A stretch of 64,000 nucleotides of DNA from Gammaproteobacteria bacterium (lineage in GTDB: Bacteria; Pseudomonadota; Gammaproteobacteria; Eutrophobiales; Eutrophobiaceae). The notes under the pieces are model-generated. The model worked only from the letters and a program-made list of their open reading frames with translations, was not told the DNA's origin and did no database searches. Both the position numbers and the translations under genes were made by a program. Below are positions 11,145 to 20,657 of this stretch, piece after piece (positions within the stretch are counted from its first letter, which is position 1; each line of letters starts with the position of its first letter). The DNA is taken from positions 2,560,001-2,624,000 of the forward strand of contig OZ244905.1 in assembly GCA_965221695.1 (NCBI GenBank), given 5' to 3'.

Positions 11145-12053
11145 GTGAACCTTAATCTTTTGCGGTGCTATGTTGTTGTAGCAGAGGAACTTCATTTTGG
11201 CCGTGCCGCAAGACGATTGAACATTCTCCCCTCTTCTCTCAGCAGAAATATCAACCTGCTGGAACAGGAACTGGGGCTACGCTTACTATCCCGCACGACT
11301 CGCGATGTTGCCCTGACTCAGAGCGGGCATTCACTGGCGCAGGAAGCCAAGTCTTTGCTTGAACATTCAACTGAGGTTGCCGACCGGGTCAGAAGTTCTG
11401 CCACGAGTAAAGAGCGGGTATTTCGAATTGGCGCGATGGACAGCGCCGCGATCGGCTTGATACCACAGCTTATTCATGATTTTCGTGAATTGGTGCCCGA
11501 ACTGGAATTACGCCTGCTGGAGGAGAAGAGCGCCAGGCTGTTACCGAAGCTGTTATCGGGTGCGCTTGATGTGGCAATTATCAGCCAGCCGGAATGGCCA
11601 TTTGCCGAAATTGAATCTGAGTTCCTGCTCAACCAACGCATCATTGTCGCATTACCGGCCAATCATCCACTGGCAAAACACGTCATGCTGCGTGTCGATG
11701 ACCTTGCAGACGTTCCACTGATACTACCATCACCCAGGAGCCGGCCTCATAGTCACAACCTGACCATACAGCTTTTTCAGGATGCTTCATTACAGCCTCG
11801 CATCGTCCAGCAAGCAGAAGAGAAACAGACCATAATCAACATGGTTGGCGCGGAAATCGGCGCGGCCATCGTGCCTTACTGGGCTAGTCGAAATGTGGTT
11901 CAGGGAGTGGTTTTTCGACCTTTGGTAAACCATTCAGGCAAGCCCATAGAGGAATTGCCGTTAGCGGCTGCATGGATAAAAGGAACTCATGATGTGTTCC
12001 GCGACAAGTTAATGGGTTTGCTCAGAAACAACCTGGAACGCTACTCAAATTGA
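11145..12053 (+). CDS. LysR-family transcriptional regulator
   Basis: EELHFGRAARRL HTH, LEQELG..L..RTTR; divergent from the transporter-dehydrogenase genes. Confidence 0.92.
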   Translation: MNLNLLRCYVVVAEELHFGRAARRLNILPSSLSRNINLLEQELGLRLLSRTTRDVALTQSGHSLAQEAKSLLEHSTEVADRVRSSATSKERVFRIGAMDSAAIGLIPQLIHDFRELVPELELRLLEEKSARLLPKLLSGALDVAIISQPEWPFAEIESEFLLNQRIIVALPANHPLAKHVMLRVDDLADVPLILPSPRSRPHSHNLTIQLFQDASLQPRIVQQAEEKQTIINMVGAEIGAAIVPYWASRNVVQGVVFRPLVNHSGKPIEELPLAAAWIKGTHDVFRDKLMGLLRNNLERYSN

Positions 12054-12056
12054 GCG

Positions 12057-12992
12057 CTATTCTCTGTTAATCAGATACTTGTCGAACCAACTCAGCATTG
12101 CGCCGATGTAATCGGGTGGATCGTCCGGTTCTCGCCTGACCCTGCTGCCATTAACTACCTGGCTCGCCTCGAAGCGTGGTCCATGCCCGCCACCCTGCAC
12201 CGGTAACAGTTCGGTATCAATACCGGCCTGTATAAGCGCAGCATGCATTTTGACGGAGCGATCATACGGAACAACCGGATCAGCATCTCCATGTATCAGA
12301 AGGAAGGGCGGATCGTCGGGCGTAACATAAGTAATCGGCGAAGCTTCTGCGAGCAATTGAGATTCGACACTTCCCTTTTTTGCTGCATTTGTTCGAAAAC
12401 CGAACAATGGCGCATCAGGGTTGTCGCGGAGATCCATAGGCGCTGCGCGTGTTACCACAACTTGCACTTTTGCGCTTTCGCGGTTTATCTCGTTGGGATC
12501 AGTCGGGTCGCCGTCACCATCCATGACGCCAAGCATACTGACCAGGTGTGCGCCTGAGGAGCCTCCCATCGCGCCGATACGCGTCGGGACAATTCCGAAC
12601 TTTTCCGCATTGTAGCGGATATAACGGACTGCTCTTTGAACATCCTCGAGTGGCGCAGGGTAGCGAAAACGCGGCGCGGCCCTATGATTGATATTAAATA
12701 CCGTATAGCCGGCTTGCGCCAGCGGTTGTGCGTAGATCTTCTCCTGACCGGTTTGTGTAAGCGGAATTGCATCAAGGCTTAGTTCGCGGGTCCAGCCGCT
12801 TCCAGAGATAAAAATGATGCCATAGCCATTGGGTTTCTCCGGGTAATAGACATCCATCAGCAATGCAAGGCCAGAGTACATTCCGTAGATGACATTGGAA
12901 TCAACCCTGGTTTCGGCGCTTGCCAGTCCCGGTTTGCCCAGGCAAGCCAGCGCAAAAATAATGAGGCAAACATGTGAATTTGGTAATTTCAT
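12057..12992 (-). CDS. Exported alpha/beta-hydrolase esterase (BD-FAE/feruloyl-esterase-like)
   Basis: Signal peptide, GGSSGAHL nucleophile motif, HGDADPVVP, GGGHG; GGAG RBS before ATG 12992. Confidence 0.8.
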   Translation of the reverse strand: MKLPNSHVCLIIFALACLGKPGLASAETRVDSNVIYGMYSGLALLMDVYYPEKPNGYGIIFISGSGWTRELSLDAIPLTQTGQEKIYAQPLAQAGYTVFNINHRAAPRFRYPAPLEDVQRAVRYIRYNAEKFGIVPTRIGAMGGSSGAHLVSMLGVMDGDGDPTDPNEINRESAKVQVVVTRAAPMDLRDNPDAPLFGFRTNAAKKGSVESQLLAEASPITYVTPDDPPFLLIHGDADPVVPYDRSVKMHAALIQAGIDTELLPVQGGGHGPRFEASQVVNGSRVRREPDDPPDYIGAMLSWFDKYLINRE

Positions 12993-13207
12993 ATCGCTCC
13001 TGGAATATGCGAATCTTAGCGGACGACGGTAGTGGAACAATTGTTGCATTTTTTTGTATAAAGTTCAGTATCGGAAGGTGCCTGCTTTTCTGAAATACAC
13101 TGAGTTTCACTTGTGGGGCTGTCTGCTGCTGACAATCGGGATATTCATTGAATATGCCACGCCTTCGGTTCGAACCAACCCTACTAACAGTGACTCGGGG
13201 GACTATA

Positions 13208-16090
13208 ATGAAACAACAACCTACTGCATCAATGCCTACCATCGCCCGCACTTTTTTGATGGTATTGTTCGGATACGTAATTACCCTGTCGGGTAACCTG
13301 GTAATAGCCCAGGACCAGGAAGGGGAAACCCTGGAGGAAATTGTTGTCACCGGTTCACGCATTGCCCGTAGTGACTTTGTATCGCCCAGCCCCTTGGTAA
13401 CTACTGAAATGGAATCGATCGTCTATTCCGGCCGATCAACGATTGATGACTATCTGAAGGACCTTCCTCAATTCGCTCCAGGGAGTGGTGACTACAGTAA
13501 TGACAGTAATGGTGGAACCGCAGGTCGTGCGACGTTGAACTTGAGAAACCTCGGAGCAAAACGCAACCTTGTTCTCATGAACGGGCGCCGTCTGATATCT
13601 TCAGGAACTGACGGCGCCATTGATATCAACACGATTCCATCACTTGCGATTGGAAAAATCGAGGTTATCACGGGTGGGGCCTCAGCGACTTATGGTTCTG
13701 ACGCCCTGTCCGGTGTCGTGAATTTCAAGACCCGTACAGACCTGGACGGCCTGGACTTCCAGGCCCAGTACTCTGTCTTGGATGGCGCCGGTCAGGACAA
13801 CTACAAAATCGGTGCGGCCTACGGAACAGACTACGCTAACGGCAGGGGCAACCTTCTGATTTCAGCAGAATTTACCGACCGTGGCGGTGTTCGCTACTTC
13901 GAACGAGATTTCTTCAATGTAAATCCTCAAGCAAGTCAGTTCACGGCGTATGGGTCTTCCCGTTTGTTACCTCGCGGTCAATTGATCTCGGCCAATAACG
14001 ACGGTACGGCATTCAACGCGAGTAATACTTCTTCACCTACAGGCGCTGGCGGGACAACTTTCAACGGAATTACCGAGCTTCCATTGCTGATTGACAGCCG
14101 AGGAACACTCAGAACCCATGGCCAGTTCAGAAACTGGATACAGGTACCGCTGGAACAAACAAACGTGTTCGGTACGACCGACTTTGAGTTTGATAATGGT
14201 ATTACGGCTTACGGACAGTTCCTGTACGCGTCTTCAACGGCTTTTAACGTCGGCGCAGAGCCAATTTCAGCAGGAATTTGGGGCATAAGGATACCCCAAG
14301 ACAACTTTTATCTGAATCAGGTTCCGGACATTGCCGGGTTAGTCGGCCCTGCTGGAATCAACGACTACCAGATTCGTTTTGTACAAGCCGGAAACCGGGT
14401 CTACGAGACTGACAACGATGTATACCAGGTTCTTGGCGGACTGAGCGGAAGCTTTGGAGAGCACGACTATAACTGGGATATTCACTTCTCTTACGGTAGA
14501 ACAGAAACATCTGACAGAACAATTTCCGGTTCCGTGAATTTCGCAGCCGTTCAGGACGTTATTGATACAACGGATGCGGCGACCGGCGTTAGCCCTCTTT
14601 GTGCGGGCGGCTTTAATCCATTCGGAGGAAGCGCCCCGCTGTCTGCCGAGTGTCTGGAATTCGTTTCTCGTACACCTGTGAACGATACGACTCTGGAACA
14701 GATCATCGTCGAAGCCACGTTAGAAGGAAGGCTTGCTGATATGCCGGCTGGCGAAGCCCGTTTTGCCTTGACCGCATCATACCGTGAAAATACCTATGAG
14801 TTTGATCCTGACGCTGATATAGCTGCAGGGGAGTTGGCAAACCTGGCGAGCGCCGGGTTCACGAAAGGAGAAATAGATGTTGTCGATATTTCAGGTGAGG
14901 TTCTGCTGCCACTCATTTCCGACGCTGAGATGCTCGATTCCATGAACCTGACGATGGGCGCGCGTTATTCGGATTATAGCCCTGCGGGTTCGCAGGAAAC
15001 CTATAAGGCTGAAGTTGATGCGCGAGTGAACAGCAACTTCATGTTGCGCGGTGGCTTCCAACATGCTGTTCGAGCGCCCAATGTTGAGGAATTCTTCAGG
15101 GCCAGTCTTTTGCGAGTTCAACCTTTCCTTGATCCCTGCAGCTCTCGATATAGAGGTGTAAGTGTGGACCGAGCTGCTGAATTAGCGCTTTGCGCGCTTC
15201 AAGGCGCTGACCGTAGCTATACTCAACCCGGTTCATCGGCGCCAACTTTCACAAACGGCAACCCCGACCTGACCCCTGAAGAAGCCGATACTTTTACCAT
15301 TGGCGCAGTCTTTGATTTTGACCTTGGCAATCTTGGCGCTCAGATTACCGTCGATTACTACCACATCAAGATTGACAATGCCATTGAGACCTTGTCAGCA
15401 CAGCAGATCATGACCAAGTGTTTCAACCTGGATGGCACATCCAATCCGACTTATGACAATAACTATTTCCCATGCCAGCAAATCAACCGTCCGGTTCTGG
15501 CGCCTGCGACAACCGCGTTTGATCTTGATCCGGTTAATCAACCGATCCTGAACCTGGGTGGAATTAAAACATCCGGCATCGACATATCGGCAAATTTCAA
15601 TCTTCCGGTGGAGAAGCTGGTCTGGGGCAACGGTGGCGGCGGCATTTACTTCTCGTCATACGTTAACATTCTTGATAAGCATAAAATTCAGGCTTTCCCA
15701 GACGAAGACTTTGCCGACTTTGCCGGACTTGTCGACCTGACCGTAGCTTACCCTGAATTAAGGCTGACCAACTCCCTGACTGTGGAAACAGGCCCTGTAA
15801 CACTCACCGGGGTGTGGCGTCATATTTCAGACATGGATGACATTTCAGCAGTCGGAGGCGCCGCTACCACCATCGAAGGCGCGGATTCGTATGACTACTT
15901 TGATTTGATTGCACGCGTAAATGTTAATGATAAGTTTGAAATCTATGGGGGTATCAACAACATCAGTAACAAGCAGCCACCTCAACTTGGTGGTGAACCG
16001 GTCGGCACCGTATTCTCGAATACCAACCAGGGATATTACGACGGCATTGGCCGTTCATTCTACCTTGGTGTGAATGCCGGTTTCTTCTAA
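13208..16090 (+). CDS. TonB-dependent outer-membrane receptor
   Basis: EEIVVTGSRI TonB box, plug motifs (NLRNLG...LMNGRR, GASATYGSDA), C-terminal Phe. Confidence 0.93.
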   Translation: MKQQPTASMPTIARTFLMVLFGYVITLSGNLVIAQDQEGETLEEIVVTGSRIARSDFVSPSPLVTTEMESIVYSGRSTIDDYLKDLPQFAPGSGDYSNDSNGGTAGRATLNLRNLGAKRNLVLMNGRRLISSGTDGAIDINTIPSLAIGKIEVITGGASATYGSDALSGVVNFKTRTDLDGLDFQAQYSVLDGAGQDNYKIGAAYGTDYANGRGNLLISAEFTDRGGVRYFERDFFNVNPQASQFTAYGSSRLLPRGQLISANNDGTAFNASNTSSPTGAGGTTFNGITELPLLIDSRGTLRTHGQFRNWIQVPLEQTNVFGTTDFEFDNGITAYGQFLYASSTAFNVGAEPISAGIWGIRIPQDNFYLNQVPDIAGLVGPAGINDYQIRFVQAGNRVYETDNDVYQVLGGLSGSFGEHDYNWDIHFSYGRTETSDRTISGSVNFAAVQDVIDTTDAATGVSPLCAGGFNPFGGSAPLSAECLEFVSRTPVNDTTLEQIIVEATLEGRLADMPAGEARFALTASYRENTYEFDPDADIAAGELANLASAGFTKGEIDVVDISGEVLLPLISDAEMLDSMNLTMGARYSDYSPAGSQETYKAEVDARVNSNFMLRGGFQHAVRAPNVEEFFRASLLRVQPFLDPCSSRYRGVSVDRAAELALCALQGADRSYTQPGSSAPTFTNGNPDLTPEEADTFTIGAVFDFDLGNLGAQITVDYYHIKIDNAIETLSAQQIMTKCFNLDGTSNPTYDNNYFPCQQINRPVLAPATTAFDLDPVNQPILNLGGIKTSGIDISANFNLPVEKLVWGNGGGGIYFSSYVNILDKHKIQAFPDEDFADFAGLVDLTVAYPELRLTNSLTVETGPVTLTGVWRHISDMDDISAVGGAATTIEGADSYDYFDLIARVNVNDKFEIYGGINNISNKQPPQLGGEPVGTVFSNTNQGYYDGIGRSFYLGVNAGFF

Positions 16091-16152
16091 AGAAGCTCTG
16101 CACGCCACGATTGCATATAACTGTTGGCACAGACCAGGACATTACCCCATAG

Positions 16153-16180
16153 CACTCCCGCAATAGCGGGAGTCCGGTCA
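16153..16180. repeat. REP family A single arm
   Basis: CACTCCCGCAATAGCGGGAGTCCGGT, the reverse complement of the family-A arm ACTGGACTCCCGC...GCGGGAGTGG. Confidence 0.7.
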
Positions 16181-16184
16181 AATA

Positions 16185-16709
16185 ATGAAAATTATTCCGC
16201 TTATTTTCTCTCTACTGATTGTTATTTCGCTTCCATGCTTAGCCAATAAAGATCAAGAATCCATCTTTGAGCAATACCCGTCCAAACCGCCCGGCGTCGG
16301 CGCTGAGCCAGTGCTTCAGCTATACGTCACCTTGACTGCTTCGATTGATGTGGGGCAGACAGACGATGGGCAACGCTATATCGTTCCAATTACCGGCGGT
16401 TATTTTACAGGAAACGGAATTTCCGGGGAGGTGCTGCCCGGTGGGGCAGACTGGCAGGTCGTGCGCGCCGACGGAATAAAGAAAATTATCGCCTTGTATT
16501 CGATCAGAACATCTGATGGGGAAGTCATCATAGTGGACAACCAGGGTATCAGTTACACGGATGATGACGGGCGCTACAGACGAACCATTCCAAAATTTCA
16601 TGCCCCCAAGGGAAAGTATGACTGGCTGAACAAAAGCCTGTTTGTCGGAACAATTACGTCCATAAAACAACCGCGTGCGGTTATTATTAGAGTATACGAA
16701 GTGAAATGA
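16185..16709 (+). CDS. Exported DUF3237 (UPF0311) family protein
   Basis: IVPITGG.F.G..ISGEVLPGGADWQ, Y.RT.PKF.AP.GKYDWLN..LFVG; signal peptide. Confidence 0.85.
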   Translation: MKIIPLIFSLLIVISLPCLANKDQESIFEQYPSKPPGVGAEPVLQLYVTLTASIDVGQTDDGQRYIVPITGGYFTGNGISGEVLPGGADWQVVRADGIKKIIALYSIRTSDGEVIIVDNQGISYTDDDGRYRRTIPKFHAPKGKYDWLNKSLFVGTITSIKQPRAVIIRVYEVK

Positions 16710-16799
16710 GCGGGTCCCACGGCGACGCAGCGTTTGATCTTTGCTGCGCCAGAGACTTTTATCATTGGCGGCACGTTACAAACTGGAGGATTTATCTGT

Positions 16800-17639
16800 A
16801 TGAGCGCTGAAAGAAAAGAAGAAGATACGGTTGCATACGAGATTGAGAACCAGATTGCCTGGGTCAGGTTCAATCGCCCCGAAAAGCGTAACTGCATGAG
16901 TCCCAAACTGAATCGACAGATGATGCGCGTTCTTAAAGATATCGAGTTTCGAGAGGATGTTGGCGTGCTGGTCCTGACCGGTGAGGGAACAGCATGGTCT
17001 GCGGGCATGGATTTGAAAGAATACTTCCGCGAAACCGAGGCACAAGGTCTTGGCGCTATCCGGGAAGCCCAGAGCGAAGCCTATGGCTGGTGGCGCAAGC
17101 TGCGTTGGTACCAGAAACCTACGATAGCAATGGTTAATGGTTGGTGTTTCGGCGGTGGTTACGGCCCGCTCCATGCCTGTGATTTGGCATTTGCCGCAGA
17201 AGACGCGCAGTTCGGCCTTAGCGAAATAAATTGGGGCATCCTGCCCGGCGGTGGGGCAACCAAGGTTGCCACCAATTTGCTGAATATGCGGAATGCGATG
17301 TATCACGCCCTGATGGGAGAGAACATTGATGGCAAAACTGCTGCGGCATGGGGATTGGTAAACGAGGCGGTTCCTCAGGCAGCACTGAAAAGCCGTGTTA
17401 TTGAAGTGGCTGAGACTTTGCTGGAAAAGAACCCCGTGGCGCTGAAGGCAACCAAGGATGCAATTCGCCGGGTGATGGAAATGACTTATGACAATGCTGA
17501 GGATTTCCTGATTCGAGCACAGGAATCCGCAAACTTTTTTGATAATCAGGGTCGCAAAGCGGGAATTAAGCAATTTATAGATGAAAAGACCTACAAGCCG
17601 GGTCTGGGAGCATACGACAAGTCTAAACAGGCTGACTGA
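16800..17639 (+). CDS. ech: p-Hydroxycinnamoyl-CoA hydratase/lyase
   Basis: NRPEKRNCMSP, WSAGMDLKEYFRE, GWCFGG, LSEINWGI.PGG, FIDEKTYKPGLG match HCHL; GGAGGA RBS. Confidence 0.92.
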   Translation: MSAERKEEDTVAYEIENQIAWVRFNRPEKRNCMSPKLNRQMMRVLKDIEFREDVGVLVLTGEGTAWSAGMDLKEYFRETEAQGLGAIREAQSEAYGWWRKLRWYQKPTIAMVNGWCFGGGYGPLHACDLAFAAEDAQFGLSEINWGILPGGGATKVATNLLNMRNAMYHALMGENIDGKTAAAWGLVNEAVPQAALKSRVIEVAETLLEKNPVALKATKDAIRRVMEMTYDNAEDFLIRAQESANFFDNQGRKAGIKQFIDEKTYKPGLGAYDKSKQAD

Positions 17640-17654
17640 GGACGATCCGCGGAA

Positions 17655-19121
17655 ATGGATTATGTAGCGCTACATGCGCGTTTTCGGCCAGACAAGCTGG
17701 CGGTTTCCGACTTGGCACACAAGCGTCACTGGACCTACTCACAGTTTGATCAATGCATCGCCCGCTGCGTAACAGCGCTTCAAACGAGCGAAATAGCGGC
17801 AGGAGACAGGGTAGCCGCTCTTTCGAAAAACAGGGCGGAGCTGATTACTCTCCACCTGGCCTGCGCGCGCATGGGCGCTATATTTGTTCCCTTGAACTGG
17901 CGGCTCTCTCCTGCGGAAATTAGTCACCTTATTGATGACTGTATGCCGACCCTGCTGATGGGTGACAGCATGGCGGGAAGCGTTGGTGTTGATTACCAGC
18001 CTATCGAAGAATTATTTGAGCGCTGCGATAGCTGCGAGCCAGCTTTTCCACCTGCGGTATCGGCGGACCTGCCATCTTTGATTCTTTATACTTCGGGTAC
18101 CACCGGTAAGCCCAAGGGTGTCATGCTCAGTGAGCGTAACATTACGGAGACCGCTATCAACTTTTCGATATTGGGAGATGTGGAAAGTCAGAGCGGGTTT
18201 CTTTGTGAATCGCCCATGTTTCACATAGTAGGATTGATCACATCAGTTCGACCACCATTTCTGCGAGGTGGGCATGTTGTCATTTCGGATGGTTTTGTTC
18301 CTGAACGCACGCTGAGCCGGTTGTCAGACCCGGAGCTTAACATCAGCCACTTTTTCTGTGTTCCGCAGATGGCTCGTGCCTTACGCAGAGAGGATAGTTT
18401 TGATCCTGAAAAATTACGTCACCTTAAAGCAATTTTTACAGGTGGCGCGCCACATCCGGAGGCACAAATCCGCGAGTGGTTGAACGATGGTATCGCGCTT
18501 GTTGACGGGTACGGCAGCTCAGAAGCAGGCACTGTTTTTGGCATGCCCCTGGACAGAACCATCATTGACTCGAAAGCAGGTTCTGTTGGTGTGCCGACAC
18601 CGCGTATCGGTCATCGACTTGTGGACAACAATGGAAATACAGTTCCTGACGGTATTGAAGGCGAATTGCAGTTGCGGGGAGACAATGTCACTGCCGGTTA
18701 CTGGCAGCGGGAAAATGATTACTCGGAATATTTTACCGACGACGGCTGGTTCCTTACCGGTGATATCCTGATGATCGACGAAGATGGTTTCTATCGAGTT
18801 ATTGATCGAAAAAAGGATATGTATATATCCGGCGGTGAAAATATCTATCCCGCCGAAATTGAAGCGCTTCTGGCCAAATTTCCTGGTGTGACGGAAATAA
18901 CAGTAGCGGGTGTTCCTGACAAAAAGTGGGGGGATGTCGGTTGTATTTTTTACGTCACAGATTCGGCAACTGTTACGATTGAAGAGTTTTCTGATTTTCT
19001 CAGCGGAAAACTTGCCCGCTACAAGTTACCACGCAAAGCGCTGAAGCTGGAAAAAATACCCAGGAACAGCGCAGGAAAAATTCTGAAGCACGCACTTAAA
19101 GAAATGTTCATAGGCCAGTGA
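17655..19121 (+). CDS. fcs: Acyl-CoA synthetase, probable feruloyl/hydroxycinnamoyl-CoA ligase
   Basis: YTSGTTGKPKG, GYGSSE, TGD, DRKKDMYISGGENIYP; adjacent to HCHL. Confidence 0.8.
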   Translation: MDYVALHARFRPDKLAVSDLAHKRHWTYSQFDQCIARCVTALQTSEIAAGDRVAALSKNRAELITLHLACARMGAIFVPLNWRLSPAEISHLIDDCMPTLLMGDSMAGSVGVDYQPIEELFERCDSCEPAFPPAVSADLPSLILYTSGTTGKPKGVMLSERNITETAINFSILGDVESQSGFLCESPMFHIVGLITSVRPPFLRGGHVVISDGFVPERTLSRLSDPELNISHFFCVPQMARALRREDSFDPEKLRHLKAIFTGGAPHPEAQIREWLNDGIALVDGYGSSEAGTVFGMPLDRTIIDSKAGSVGVPTPRIGHRLVDNNGNTVPDGIEGELQLRGDNVTAGYWQRENDYSEYFTDDGWFLTGDILMIDEDGFYRVIDRKKDMYISGGENIYPAEIEALLAKFPGVTEITVAGVPDKKWGDVGCIFYVTDSATVTIEEFSDFLSGKLARYKLPRKALKLEKIPRNSAGKILKHALKEMFIGQ

Positions 19122-19122
19122 T

Positions 19123-20424
19123 ATGAGAAATAACCCTCAGCAGATTCTGGATGAAATGCCCATGGGGCGACTACAGGTCGCCGCCGTTTGCATTTGCGTA
19201 TTGCTTAACGGCCTGGACGGTTTTGATGTCCTGGCAATCAGTTTCGCTGCGCCAGGTATCGCCGCGGAATGGGGGATCAACCGCGCTGCGCTGGGTGTCG
19301 TACTGTCGATGGAGTTGATAGGCATGTCCATAGGATCTATTTTTCTGGGCGGAGTTGCGGACCGCTTTGGCCGCCGACCGATGATTCTGCTTTGCCTGGT
19401 ATTGATGACAGCGGGTATGTTTCTGGCAGCACAAGCGGGAGATGTCGTCACATTGTCACTGATTCGTCTTGTCACAGGTCTAGGAATAGGCGGTATGCTT
19501 GCCTCGACCAACGCCATGGTAGCGGAATATTCCAATGCCAGGCGACGTGACTTTTGCATTGCAGTGATGGTAGCCGGATATCCGTTGGGAGTAATAATCG
19601 GAGGTACCTTCGCTTCGATGCTGTTGGCATATTTTGACTGGCGATCGGTGTTCCTGCTCGGGGCAGTAGGAACAGCGGCCATGTTCCCGGTAGTGTGGCT
19701 ATTTTTACCCGAGTCAATTGCTCACCTGGTACATAAACGGGGACCGGGGGCATTGGAAAAGATAAACGCCACATTAAAACGCATGGGGCACGGTATTATT
19801 GATGCATTGCCGGAACTTGCAGAAGAAGGTCCCAAAGCCAGTTGGCGGGACCTGTTTTCGCCCGGCCTGGTCCGTATTACCCTGTTACTCACCCTGTGTT
19901 ACCTGACGCATATCATGACCTTTTACTTCATTTTAAAATGGGTGCCCAAGATAGTCGTAGATATGGGCTTTGCTGCCTCAGCAGCCGGTGGCGTACTGGT
20001 CTGGGCGAGCGTAGGCGGCGCCGCTGGTTCGTATCTGTTCGGGTGGTTAACACATTATTTTCGGCTGCGAAGATTGGTCATATTTGCGATGGCAGGTTCA
20101 GTGATAATGGTCAACATCTTCGGACAAGGTCAGTCCGACCTGACAACATTGGCTGCAGTCGCTTGCCTGGCAGGAATATTTACCAATTCCGCAATTGTCG
20201 GCCTGTATGCCTTGTTTGCCCGATTGTTTCCAACGCATTTACGCGCAGGGGGCACTGGTTTTGTTATAGGTGTTGGTCGCGCCGGCGCCGTTCTTGGCCC
20301 GATAATAGCAGGCATCCTTTTTGAAAGCGGCGAGGGACTGGCTGGGGTTGCATTCATCATGGCGTTGGGTTCTCTCGTTGCCGCAATCCTGCTAACGATG
20401 TTGCGCGATCCCGATCCATCTTGA
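19123..20424 (+). CDS. MFS aromatic acid:H+ symporter family transporter
   Basis: LDGFD in TM1, ADRFGRR, GLGIGG, FP..LRAGGTG...GVGR. Confidence 0.85.
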   Translation: MRNNPQQILDEMPMGRLQVAAVCICVLLNGLDGFDVLAISFAAPGIAAEWGINRAALGVVLSMELIGMSIGSIFLGGVADRFGRRPMILLCLVLMTAGMFLAAQAGDVVTLSLIRLVTGLGIGGMLASTNAMVAEYSNARRRDFCIAVMVAGYPLGVIIGGTFASMLLAYFDWRSVFLLGAVGTAAMFPVVWLFLPESIAHLVHKRGPGALEKINATLKRMGHGIIDALPELAEEGPKASWRDLFSPGLVRITLLLTLCYLTHIMTFYFILKWVPKIVVDMGFAASAAGGVLVWASVGGAAGSYLFGWLTHYFRLRRLVIFAMAGSVIMVNIFGQGQSDLTTLAAVACLAGIFTNSAIVGLYALFARLFPTHLRAGGTGFVIGVGRAGAVLGPIIAGILFESGEGLAGVAFIMALGSLVAAILLTMLRDPDPS

Positions 20425-20539
20425 CATGGTCAGGAAAACAGACTGCACCAAACCATACCAACCACACCCGTTCAGTGCAGGAAGGGAACGATTTACACTG
20501 AATCCTGTCGAACTTTAACGTACTATTGATCCTTGCTTG

Positions 20540-20568
20540 ACTGGACTCCCTCTTGCGCGGGAGTGGTA
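20540..20568. repeat. REP family A single arm
   Basis: ACTGGACTCCCTCTTGCGCGGGAGTGGTA. Confidence 0.7.
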
Positions 20569-20657
20569 AGGTGGCGACTTGGTTGCGCGTGGTCTCACAA
20601 GTCCAGGATGGACTTGTCCAGAACAATCTAAGATAATGCGGGTGCGGGGAATAACTT

